Part shown: positions 37,685-46,581 of the stretch, one piece after another
Layout of the letters: each line of letters begins with the position of its first letter
Numbering within the stretch: position 1 is the first letter of the stretch
Source: an uncultured Acidimicrobiaceae bacterium
GTDB taxonomy: Bacteria; Actinomycetota; Acidimicrobiia; Acidimicrobiales; Bog-793
Reading direction: 5' to 3'
Length of the DNA: 64,000 bases
Assembly: GCA_963823945.1 (NCBI GenBank)
Contig: CAWGNK010000003.1
Coordinates: 581,732 to 645,731 of the forward strand
Made by a program: the position numbers and the translations under genes
Notes under the pieces: model-generated
Seen by the model: only the letters and a program-made list of their open reading frames with translations
Databases searched by the model: none
Told to the model about the DNA's origin: nothing

Positions 37685-38361
37685 GCGACCTCCGCCCTAG
37701 CCGGCACTGATCTAGCCGGTACTGATTTCGAGCCGATCTGTCCGCGCATTGCAAGCCGCCACTCGTGCACGCCGAGGAAGCACATTGAGAGGAAGAGGAC
37801 GTACACAACCGCGGTCAGATCTAGGCGTTTCACGACGTAGAGAGGGACGTAGACGACGTCAGCGGCGATCCAGAAGTACCAGTTCTCGAGCTTCTTCCAA
37901 TTGAGCAACGCCTGAGCGACTAGGGAAAGGCAGGTGGTCAGCGCATCCCAGAACGGGGCGATGTCCCGCACCGCGCCGAGCGCGACCGTCAGCCCCCAGG
38001 TCCCGAAGCCGATAAAGACAAGACCAAGAGCGAGGGCCCACCGCGGGCTTCGACCGACGACGAGGCGTGTCCAATGCGATCCTCCATGCAGCCATTGCCA
38101 CCATCCGGTGAATCCGAGCACGATGTAGAGGACCTGCAGACCGGAGTCGGCCCACAGCCGTGAAGTAGCAAACAGCACCAGGAAGAACGCCGAGTTGGCG
38201 ATTCCAACTGGGAAATTGCTGATCCGGCTCTTTACCGTGAGCCACACGCACGCAGCTCCAGACACGAAGCCGAGAATCTCGGCCCAGCTCACGTGGTCGT
38301 TGCCCAGCACGAAGACGACCACGTTGAGTGGCGCCACGAGATGCGCTAGCCAGCTCAGCAT
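37681..38361 (-). CDS. pnuC: nicotinamide riboside transporter PnuC
   Basis: Taken from ATG 38361. The protein is polytopic, with SWAEILGFVSGAACVWLTVKSRISNFPVGI...GWWQW...LLNWKKLENWYFWI, typical of the PnuC family. Confidence 0.85.
   Translation of the reverse strand: MLSWLAHLVAPLNVVVFVLGNDHVSWAEILGFVSGAACVWLTVKSRISNFPVGIANSAFFLVLFATSRLWADSGLQVLYIVLGFTGWWQWLHGGSHWTRLVVGRSPRWALALGLVFIGFGTWGLTVALGAVRDIAPFWDALTTCLSLVAQALLNWKKLENWYFWIAADVVYVPLYVVKRLDLTAVVYVLFLSMCFLGVHEWRLAMRGQIGSKSVPARSVPARAEVA
37698..37727. repeat. 15-nt tandem repeat (2 copies, 13/15 identical) in the 3' end of pnuC
   Basis: tagccggcactgatc / tagccggtactgatt encodes the repeated SVPAR-SVPAR in the PnuC C-terminal tail. The repeat is in frame. 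Confidence 0.8.
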
Positions 38362-38469
38362 GGCGCCCACCGTTCTTCCGGTGATCGACCAGGCTTTGCC
38401 TCTCGGACCTTCGCAACCCAGCCGCACGTGCGCGTGGACTCCTCCCGCGGGCCGATGAGTTGCGGGAGC

Positions 38470-39294
38470 TCAGCCATCATGTGTTCGCTTTGCTGTGAGC
38501 ATCGCCCCGCGCAGCATCGGAGGGTGGAACTGAGTTGTCAGCCCGAGCCGGTACAGCTCGGCCGGGGGCCCTCCTGTCTCGGTGTCGTGATTGCCGGTTG
38601 AAACCAAGAAGCCGTCGACCGAGAGCACTTTGCGCCTGAAGTCGGCTCGATGTACGGGACCACCCCAGACGGCCTCGTAGACACGCCGCAATTCGGGGAT
38701 GGTGAACGGTTCCGTGAGGAAGGAGGCCGCCAGCCGCCCCTCGTACTCGATCTTCCCGCGCACGCGCTCGAGTGCGTCGTGAACGATGTCGGAATGATCG
38801 AAAGCGAGCGGAGGCCCCTCAGGGCTGTCAAGGTCGCTGATCGCGAAGAAGTGGGTGTCCGCGGCGTCGCCGCCGCCGCGGGGCGCGGGAAGGTCCGGCA
38901 TCATTCCGACGTAGGCCGTTGAGAACACCCGACCCCGGCGGTCGCGCCATGGATTGCCGTAGGTCTTGAGCTGTTCGAGATAGCCAGGGAACATTTCGAG
39001 CCCGGTTTCCTCAGCCAGCTCCCGCAGTGCAGCGGTGTCGAGGTCTTCACCCTCGCCGTAACCTCCGCCGCCGAGCCTGACGAACCCACCAGGTAGTGCC
39101 CACTTGTCCTTCTCGGGATGCTCTCCGCGTCGTACGAGCAGCAGCGACAGTGCGCCGGAACGGATCGTGAAGAGGGCGATGTCGACTGTGTGCTCGGAAC
39201 GGGGGAATTGTGACCGTGCGACCTTCGCATAGCGGTCGAGGAAAGCGGCCTCGCTCATCCGATCTGTCATCTCGACCACGAAGCTCCTCTCCAT
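38470..39294 (-). CDS. nrtR: NrtR-family regulator (Nudix domain fused to C-terminal winged-helix)
   Basis: The Nudix box is ALPGGFVRLGGGGYGEGEDLDTAALRELAEETGL. A C-terminal segment of about 90 aa (LTEPFTIPELRRVYEAVWG...DFRRKV) resembles the NrtR wHTH. The position upstream of pnuC-nadR fits the known NrtR regulon. Alternative starts are at 39270 and 39258. Confidence 0.75.
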   Translation of the reverse strand: MERSFVVEMTDRMSEAAFLDRYAKVARSQFPRSEHTVDIALFTIRSGALSLLLVRRGEHPEKDKWALPGGFVRLGGGGYGEGEDLDTAALRELAEETGLEMFPGYLEQLKTYGNPWRDRRGRVFSTAYVGMMPDLPAPRGGGDAADTHFFAISDLDSPEGPPLAFDHSDIVHDALERVRGKIEYEGRLAASFLTEPFTIPELRRVYEAVWGGPVHRADFRRKVLSVDGFLVSTGNHDTETGGPPAELYRLGLTTQFHPPMLRGAMLTAKRTHDG

Positions 39295-39718
39295 CTGCTT
39301 ATCTCATCGTGACTCTAGAACTTGATGCACACTGAGTCAAGCCTCTGGGACGCGACAACGGCTCATTCTTGAGTGTCCCGTCGCCCCTGGCCGCCGGGTG
39401 GTTGTGATCAGTCGGAACCTCTGGCGTTGATTGGTGCCAGGAGACTCGGTGCTCAACTGCCTCACGACGCCGGAAGGGAGACCGACTGCGCCGATCGCCT
39501 TCCGCCCAGCTGGTCTGAAATGTCCCGGCCGAGGCGAGGAACCGCTTCGAGGTACGACATCCCACCAGCCGTCGAAGGGGCCTGACCGACCGACCGGGGC
39601 ACGATCCAGAACCAGGGCTCGAGGCCGTGGAAGCGGCAGTGCTCACCAGTCGGTGGCTCGGTAGACGAGACTCGTTCGCTAATCAGGGGAGGTGGTCGAT
39701 TCCCATTAGGTTGAGGAC

Positions 39719-40363
39719 GTGAACGCCGCAATTGCACCTCCGAAGCCGCGTCTTCGCGGGTGGCTCCACCTCGGGGCATTCCCGTACGCGCTCGTGGCGG
39801 GCCTCTGGCTCGCAGCCGACGGGACGACGCATGCAGGCCGCGTCGCGTGCGCAGTGTTCGCGCTCACGGCATGCATGCTCTTCGGTACGTCCGCCGTCTA
39901 CCACCGCGGCAATTGGAGTCCACGCACGGCGGGCGTACTGCGGCGTCTCGACCACTCGAACATCGCGCTGATCACCGCGGGCACGTACACGCCCCTCGGG
40001 ATCGCCGTACTGCCTTCCTCTCAGGCCACCGTGATGCTGTGCATCGTCTGGGCCACCGCGCTGGCGATAGTTCTGCTCCGTGTCGCCTGGTTGTCTGCCC
40101 CACGGTGGCTCTACACGGCGATGTACGTCGGTCTGGGCTGGGCGGCGATCTTCTGGATGCCTGAGCTGTGGCATCTTGCCGGTGTGATCACGATCCTGCT
40201 CGTCATCCTCGGGGGGTTCTTCTACACCACCGGCGCCGTCGTCTACGCGCTGCGCCGGCCCAGGTTGTCGGAACGCTTCTTCGGCTTCCACGAGCTGTTC
40301 CACGCGTGCACGATTGCGGCATTCACCTGCCATCTGATCGCAATTGCCCGCGTCGCGACCTGA
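39719..40363 (+). CDS. hemolysin III / PAQR family membrane protein
   Basis: The motifs RGWLHLGAFP, FGTSAVYHRG, LDHSNIALITAGTYTP and FHELFHACTIAA are characteristic of HlyIII/YplQ. It has 7 TM helices. Confidence 0.85.
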   Translation: MNAAIAPPKPRLRGWLHLGAFPYALVAGLWLAADGTTHAGRVACAVFALTACMLFGTSAVYHRGNWSPRTAGVLRRLDHSNIALITAGTYTPLGIAVLPSSQATVMLCIVWATALAIVLLRVAWLSAPRWLYTAMYVGLGWAAIFWMPELWHLAGVITILLVILGGFFYTTGAVVYALRRPRLSERFFGFHELFHACTIAAFTCHLIAIARVAT

Positions 40364-40605
40364 CTGACTCGAGTTGGTTGGCAATGTCGATGTCTGGCCC
40401 CGAGTAGCCGGCATCGCCATCGCACGGCACGGCACGGCTCTGGCGCGCCGCGCCGCGCCGCCCGCGCTCTACGGCCTGTGCCGCGACCGAGGCCGAGCGC
40501 GTCCGTCGGAGCGTCGCGCCGCCATGTGGCCCGTGTGGCCTACCGAAGTACACGAAGGGGTCTTGCACGGTAGTTCATGCTCGTTAGGATTCGCGCATCG
40601 CACGA

Positions 40606-42015
40606 TTGTCACGCCGCCGCACACCCATGGCCGCTGGTCGAGTCGCCGTCACGTGGGCCGCGCTCGTCCTTGTTGCGATCGCAGTCGTCGGTGGACCGAG
40701 TGCCCGAGCGAATACCCTCGCTGGCGACGCCTCGAGCGACTGGACGGTGTACCACGGCGGCCCTGCGGGATTAGGCCTGTCACGGACCGTGAAATCGGTC
40801 GACACGGCGCACGCGGCCTGGACGTCGCCCGCCCTCGACGGTCAGCTCTACGGCGAACCGCTGGTCTTCTCGCACGACGTCTACGTCGCGACCGAGAACG
40901 ACACCGTCTACGCGCTGTCGTCGACCTCCGGTCGCGTCGTATGGGCGAAGCACCTGGCCCGTCCCGTACCGTCGTCACTACTGCCCTGCGGGGACATCTC
41001 CCCGTCGGTTGGCATCACCGGCACGCCGGTCATCGACCCGACGAGGAACGAGATCTTCGTCGTCGCTGATGAGCTGAGGAACGCCCGGCCGGCCCACGTC
41101 CTGGTCGGCCTCAACACGGCGTCCGGGGCGCTCGAGATGCAGCGCGTCATCGATCCACCCGGCGCCGACCCGGCCGCTCTGCTGCAGCGGACCGGTCTCA
41201 CCCTCGACAAAGGTCGGGTCGTGTTCGGTATGGGTGGGAACTACGGCGACTGCTCCACCTATCGCGGCCGGGTGGTCTCGGTCGCTGAGAACGGAGCGAA
41301 CCGGGAATACTTCACCGTCGACAGCGCCCCAGGTGAACGCGAGGGGGCGGTCTGGATGGGCGGTGCGGCGCCAGTGGTTAGCGCCAGCGGCGACGTCTGG
41401 GTCAGCACGGGGAACGGCTCGGTCTACTCGTCGAGTCAGCGGTACGACGACAGCGACTCGGTCCTGGAGCTCTCGCCCTCGATGCACCTGCTGCAGTACT
41501 TCGCCCCGACAACGTGGCCGTCGAACAACGCCCAGGACCTCGACATGACGACGGCGCCGATCCTGCTCGCGAGCGGCCAGGTCGTGCTCACGGGCAAGTC
41601 GCGCATCGTCTACCTGCTGGACGGAACACACCTCGGCGGCATCGGGCACCAGGAGGCGAGTCTCGGTGACGCGTGTGCCAGCGACATCGACGGTGGCAGC
41701 GCCGTCGTTGGCATGACCGTCTACCTGCCCTGTCTGAGCGGCACCGTCGCGCTGCGGGTCGGCCATTCACCGCCCTCGCTGCGCATCCTGTGGAGTGCGA
41801 GCAGCGGCGGCGGCCCCCCGATCGTCGCTGCCGGTCTCGTGTGGACCATCGGACAAGATGGAGTGATCTACGGACTCGATCCGGCCACGGGAGCCGTTCG
41901 CCAGCACGCCACCATCGGCTTGGCCCTCGCCAACCACTTCCCCACCCCGAGCGTCGGCGACAGTCTGCTGCTCGCGCCCTCTTCAAACCGGGTTGTTGCC
42001 TTCCGCGCGCGTTGA
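40606..42015 (+). CDS. secreted PQQ-like (BamB/YxaL-type) beta-propeller repeat protein
   Basis: A signal-like N-terminus (TTG 40606 or ATG 40627: MAAGRVAVTWAALVLVAIAVVGGPSARA) is present. Repeated motifs include VYVATENDTVYALSSTSGRVVW, GLVWTIGQDGVIYGLDPATG and LLLAPSSNRVVAF. Confidence 0.7.
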   Translation: MSRRRTPMAAGRVAVTWAALVLVAIAVVGGPSARANTLAGDASSDWTVYHGGPAGLGLSRTVKSVDTAHAAWTSPALDGQLYGEPLVFSHDVYVATENDTVYALSSTSGRVVWAKHLARPVPSSLLPCGDISPSVGITGTPVIDPTRNEIFVVADELRNARPAHVLVGLNTASGALEMQRVIDPPGADPAALLQRTGLTLDKGRVVFGMGGNYGDCSTYRGRVVSVAENGANREYFTVDSAPGEREGAVWMGGAAPVVSASGDVWVSTGNGSVYSSSQRYDDSDSVLELSPSMHLLQYFAPTTWPSNNAQDLDMTTAPILLASGQVVLTGKSRIVYLLDGTHLGGIGHQEASLGDACASDIDGGSAVVGMTVYLPCLSGTVALRVGHSPPSLRILWSASSGGGPPIVAAGLVWTIGQDGVIYGLDPATGAVRQHATIGLALANHFPTPSVGDSLLLAPSSNRVVAFRAR

Positions 42016-42586
42016 GTTGCGCCCGATCTACTTGGGCCCCGAAACGCTCATCGATTCGCCGCTCCGACGTAGCCTCAACGGCTGAAACTGGCAAACGCGA
42101 GAGATAGGACGCGAGCTGGTCATGGACAGAGCGCTGCTCGAAGGAGAGCGTGGCCAATCATGTCTCTAGTCATGTGCTGAATCAGTCGAGCTCAGAGGGC
42201 ATAAAGAAGGCGCTGGTCGGGGGCGTAACAATTCCCCCTCGGTGGGCATAGTCATGTTCATCTGGCGGTCGCCTCCCCTTTCGAGCGCCAGTGACGAGCT
42301 CACCTGCGAGTGCGCGTATCGCCTTGGATCCGGACGGTCCCCTCCTCGGATCCGCCAGGCCACGTCTCCGTCGTCATGCGCGCCCGACGACCGACGCGAC
42401 CAGGGCGTCACTCGCCTGGCAGCTGGGTCAATCGCACACAAGCGCAATCACAGATCCGAATGACATAGGGGTTTGCGTAGGAAGGCCGATGTCCACGATC
42501 TCCGACTGCCGGCTCGAGCCTGAGCCAGGGCGAAACGAAGATGACACGCTCTCGATCACGAGGATGCGGGGCCATCCGCTGGCTTC

Positions 42587-43777
42587 TCAGACACTGATGG
42601 GTATCCAGCGTTCGCCTCCATCGGTGGTCGTCCAGAGCTTGTTCCCGTATCCAACCCAGTGGCCCACGGTCGAAGACACGAAGCCCAGATAGCTCTGTCC
42701 GGGCGTGGAGCTCGCCAGCGTCTCCTGGTCGCGGACAACTGTTCGCCAGGTCACCCCTCCGTCGGTGGAAATCTCCAACGTGTAGGTCAGGGGACCGGCA
42801 CCATTCACGTTGCCGGTGGCTAGGACGATGGTGCTTGCGCTTACAGCGGCGATCATGCTGGCGGCGGTCCGAGGCAGCGGTCGCCGTGGACCGAAGGTCC
42901 GACCGCCATCGCGAGATACAAGGACGAACTCCGTGTTCGAGTCCGCCTTGGCCACACACACCACGACGACAGCACCGGGACCAGCGGCACTGGTGTCGTA
43001 GGCGTCGTCCTCCCCCTTACCGGTCCCGCCACAGGGGTCGGCTCGGGTCGACCAAGACCGCCCGAGGTTGGCCGTGACGAAGAATGTGGCATGGCTCGTC
43101 ACGCCACCCGCGATGTTTCCGTAGAAGGCCACCAGGACCCGAGCAGTATCGGTACTGACGATCTGAGGAACGACGCCGGTGTCCGCTCCGTCGAAGGGCG
43201 CTCGTACGGTGGTCCAGATTGTCGACCCCGCGCGTTGTTGTTGCAGTGCCAGATCACATGGCCCCGGACATCCACCGCCGGCGTAGGTGAGCCGCCAGAC
43301 CACCCCTGGGGCGACCGTCGCAAGGGCAGCGGTCCGTTCTCCGGCTTGGCGATGCCAGGTTCGCCCGCCGTCGCTGGTGGTGAACAGGTCCGGGCCAAAG
43401 AGGTAACCGTCGTCGCGATTTGCGAACACAAGGTGCGTGACGCAGCCACCCGATTTCCAGCAGGTGTACGTGCTACCGCCGGAGATCAGCGTTCTTCCTG
43501 CCGGGGCCGGGACCGCAGACCAGCTTCGACCGCCATCGACCGTGCGTTTGATGACCGCGCACGTCGGGCAACCGGTCGTGCCCTCGCCGAGCACCCAACC
43601 GGTGAGCGGGGACAGCCAGGTGGAATCGACCCACCACGTCGTAACTGCTTCAGACTTGGGTCTGAGGCCGGCAATCGCCAGTGAATGCCCAACTGTCGCA
43701 GTCCCGCTTGCCGCGCTTGTCCCGGCTGCGAGCGCCAGGGCCATGGTCACGGTCACGAGCACGCCGAGCCTGCGCAC
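42587..43777 (-). CDS. secreted BNR/Asp-box (Ycf48/sialidase-like) beta-propeller protein, paralog 1
   Basis: Five SxDxGxTW-like boxes are present: TVDGGRSW, TSDGGRTW, SRDGGRTF, STDGGVTW and TTDGGERW. The start is taken at GTG 43777 (VRRLGVLVTVTMALALAAG, signal-like). Confidence 0.7.
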   Translation of the reverse strand: MRRLGVLVTVTMALALAAGTSAASGTATVGHSLAIAGLRPKSEAVTTWWVDSTWLSPLTGWVLGEGTTGCPTCAVIKRTVDGGRSWSAVPAPAGRTLISGGSTYTCWKSGGCVTHLVFANRDDGYLFGPDLFTTSDGGRTWHRQAGERTAALATVAPGVVWRLTYAGGGCPGPCDLALQQQRAGSTIWTTVRAPFDGADTGVVPQIVSTDTARVLVAFYGNIAGGVTSHATFFVTANLGRSWSTRADPCGGTGKGEDDAYDTSAAGPGAVVVVCVAKADSNTEFVLVSRDGGRTFGPRRPLPRTAASMIAAVSASTIVLATGNVNGAGPLTYTLEISTDGGVTWRTVVRDQETLASSTPGQSYLGFVSSTVGHWVGYGNKLWTTTDGGERWIPISV

Positions 43778-43794
43778 CGTTGTCGTCCTCCCGC

Positions 43795-44913
43795 CTACAC
43801 CCTCGGGGCCTTCACTCGCTGCCAGGAACGCCCGCCATCGGTGGTGAGCCAGACACTCGTCGGTGGGGACCACGCCACTGTGGGGTGGGGATTCCCGAGG
43901 GTGAGCCAGTCGTCGCCGGTGGCGAAACCCACGTCAAGTATCTGAGCGCGCGGCAGGACCCGAGTGAAGCTCTGACCGCCGTTGAAGGTGAGAAACAACC
44001 CGAGGCCCAGCGAATCTGCCGCCAAAGCCTCGTGGCTGGAGACGGGGAAGACGCGCGTGCCCGGTAAGAAGTCCACGCCCGCCTCCTCAGGAAACCCGAG
44101 GAAGCGTTTGCCGCCATCCGTGGAGCGTGCCAGTGCGACCAGCGAACCGCCGTAGGAGATTCCCCACAGCGTCTGATAGGAGCTTGCGATCGCCTTTGCG
44201 GAATACCCACTTAGGCCGGTCGCCGAGGGCTTTGAGAAGGTTCTGCCCCCATTCGACGAAACAAGTAGACGCGTCTCGCCACCACCTGCCGGTGTCACTA
44301 CCAGCCAAACCCTGGACCTCCAAGCGGTGAGAAAGACGATTTGCGCATTGGTGGCTGGGGACAACGGGGTGGTCGTCCAGGAGTTGTCCTCAACTGAAGA
44401 CACCGCCAGGTAGTAACGGGAGTCGCAGTTGGCACCTCCGCCGACGCACCACAGCGCGTAGGCATGACCGCCAGTCGTAACGAGGCTGTGCAGGTCCCCG
44501 CTCAATGGAACCTGCTGCCAGCGCCTTCCACCGTCTCCCGTCCAGTAGAGGGGCTTTCCTGGTCTTCCTTGGGCATAGCCGTCCTCACGGTTCGCGAAGC
44601 TGAGCACGCCGTAGTAGGACAGTGCCGAGACGACTGCGACAGGTGGCGAACCGATCTGTCTCCAGGTCTGCGCCCCGTTGGTGCTCACCATCAGTGCCGA
44701 GCAGGTTCCGCTCGCGCACGAATATGTCCCCGCCAGCCACAAGTACCCGTCGGCACCAGCGACGGCGGTCGGGGTGACTTGGGGGTGAGAGCGGTTGGCG
44801 GCCTTTGGGCGGGCGGCGGCTCTCCCCACGGGCACCGTCGGGCCGGTCCACCCGGTCAGCGCAAGGATCACCGCCACCATCACCACGACGCCGAGCTTGC
44901 GCACAATGCTCAT
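43795..44913 (-). CDS. secreted BNR/Asp-box beta-propeller protein, paralog 2
   Basis: ATG 44913 gives MSIVRKLGVVVMVAVILALTG (signal-like). The boxes STNGAQTW, TGDGGRRW, SSNGGRTF, STDGGKRF and TTDGGRSW are present. Architecture matches the downstream paralog. Confidence 0.7.
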   Translation of the reverse strand: MSIVRKLGVVVMVAVILALTGWTGPTVPVGRAAARPKAANRSHPQVTPTAVAGADGYLWLAGTYSCASGTCSALMVSTNGAQTWRQIGSPPVAVVSALSYYGVLSFANREDGYAQGRPGKPLYWTGDGGRRWQQVPLSGDLHSLVTTGGHAYALWCVGGGANCDSRYYLAVSSVEDNSWTTTPLSPATNAQIVFLTAWRSRVWLVVTPAGGGETRLLVSSNGGRTFSKPSATGLSGYSAKAIASSYQTLWGISYGGSLVALARSTDGGKRFLGFPEEAGVDFLPGTRVFPVSSHEALAADSLGLGLFLTFNGGQSFTRVLPRAQILDVGFATGDDWLTLGNPHPTVAWSPPTSVWLTTDGGRSWQRVKAPRV

Positions 44914-45150
44914 GGTCCCACCAAAATCCACGTGTGGGTTCGCGCCCCATGACGGCGCTCACCGGAATCCTCCAGAGCCGCTCACTGGAATGCCCCAGTC
45001 AGAAACGCAGTGACACCGAAGTGATCTGCCTAGTCAACTGGACGTGCAGCAGACCCGGGTTCGGTCACATCGAGCTTGCCGAGGAAGTTTCCCGACGTCA
45101 CCGCCACGCCGTATGCAGCTCGGGAAGGGATTCGTCGTTTAAGCGCATCG

Positions 45151-46167
45151 TCAGCTGGGACGCACCGAGAAAGCGGTACCCATCTCGTCGAGGTGGCCGC
45201 GCAACTCGTCCTCGTGCAGCAGTCCGGCCTGCGAGCCGAGTTCGTGCGAGACGCTCATGAAGTTCACCGGCGGCCACCGCAGAGCATCGGCGAACGGCAT
45301 GCCCCGGACGAGTGCCGCCGCCAACGTCGCCGCGAAGGCGTCCTCCGCTCCGGTGCGGTCAAGCGGAGCGCTCGAATCAGGGAACGGCGGGACGAGATAG
45401 CGCTTCGCGCCATCGGCCGCGACGGCGCCGCCTGCCTCGTCCAGAACGACCACCTGACGGGGGCCGAGCTTCAACAGCGGGTCGAGCAGCTCGGCGGGGT
45501 CGCCGAGGCGGCCACCGGTCATCGCGGCGGCCTGGGCACGGTTACAGACGAGGACCTCCGCGTGCTGGTACAGGCGCGCGAGCCGCTCGACCCCCTCTTC
45601 GACCTGAAACGTGCCAGGTTGGAACACCACCCGGACGGCCGAGTTCTCGTCGAGCCAGTCGGCGATCTTGTCCTGGTAGTCGAGCGCGTACGGCCCGAGC
45701 GAGGTGAGGTAGAGCCAGCTCGGAATCTCGCTCGGCCGGAGGTGTGGCCAGTGGTAGTCGAACTCCTCGTGCCAGACGAGGATCGTTCGTTCTCCGTGCC
45801 ATGACAGCACGAAGTTGCGATTTGTGTGTGCGGGCGAGTCGATGTGGACAAGACGGGTGTCGACGCGCTCGGTGTGGAGCGCGCCAAGCAGGTCGCGGCC
45901 GACCTCGTCGTGGGCGAGGAAACTCGCAAGGGCGACGCGCAGGCCGAGACGCGCCAGCGCCACGGCTGCGTTGGCGGCACTCCCGCCGGCTTCGACAGTC
46001 GTTGCCTTCTCGTAGGGGATCTTGGCACCGAGCGGGAACTCGAGCCAGGTTCCGCTCTCGTCGACGCGCCTTTCGACCTGACTGTCGGACAGCCGGATGA
46101 ACAGGTCGGTCGCCACGTCGCCCACGCTGATCACGTCGAAGCGCTGGGCCGGGGTCACAAAGCCCAT
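45151..46167 (-). CDS. PfkB/ribokinase-family sugar (phosphate) kinase
   Basis: The N-terminal motif is VISVGDVATDLFI and GGSAANAAVALARLG is present. The C-terminal signature is DRTGAEDAFAATLAAAL (DTxGAGD-like). Confidence 0.85.
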   Translation of the reverse strand: MGFVTPAQRFDVISVGDVATDLFIRLSDSQVERRVDESGTWLEFPLGAKIPYEKATTVEAGGSAANAAVALARLGLRVALASFLAHDEVGRDLLGALHTERVDTRLVHIDSPAHTNRNFVLSWHGERTILVWHEEFDYHWPHLRPSEIPSWLYLTSLGPYALDYQDKIADWLDENSAVRVVFQPGTFQVEEGVERLARLYQHAEVLVCNRAQAAAMTGGRLGDPAELLDPLLKLGPRQVVVLDEAGGAVAADGAKRYLVPPFPDSSAPLDRTGAEDAFAATLAAALVRGMPFADALRWPPVNFMSVSHELGSQAGLLHEDELRGHLDEMGTAFSVRPS

Positions 46168-46581
46168 CTCTCTCCTCCCGCCGGTAGAGCGACCCTCCCG
46201 ATCTCGTCGCGACGACGTCGACGAACCACCAGGAACCGATCGTTACCCGCTAGAGCAAACTCTAGAGGTGGCGGAGGGCAGAGGGCCGCTGGCCGTTCGG
46301 ACCTCGGCGACGAGGTCTGAAAGCGTCGGGCCGAACCCGTCAGCATTCGATGGCGGCGGCGCGCACGACACCTGGGGAACACGTTTGCAGTGCCCGACAC
46401 AACTCGGTCCCGGCGTCGAGTCGCCCGAACTTCGGCGCGTGGGCACTGGCAACCCGCCTCACCATGGCTTCAAGAGAGGCAACTACTCTTGTCAGTTGCG
46501 CCTGGCGAAGCCGCCGAGGATCTCGGCGTGGCTGCCGCCGAACTGGCGAGCCGCCGTCAACAACGATCTGAGGAGGACACG

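Noticed and set aside
42016-42586. Small ORFs in the convergent spacer between the PQQ-like and BNR genes. These include a 31-codon ORF with a GGGGAGG SD-like sequence, the 73-aa ORF 42242..42463 and the 93-aa ORF 42166..42447. A GGATCCG-N14-CGGATCC inverted repeat also lies here (42336-42363).
   Set aside because: The translations are not protein-like and no family is recognised. The inverted repeat may be a terminator, but there is no supporting evidence. The region is kept only as part of the low-coding-density observation.
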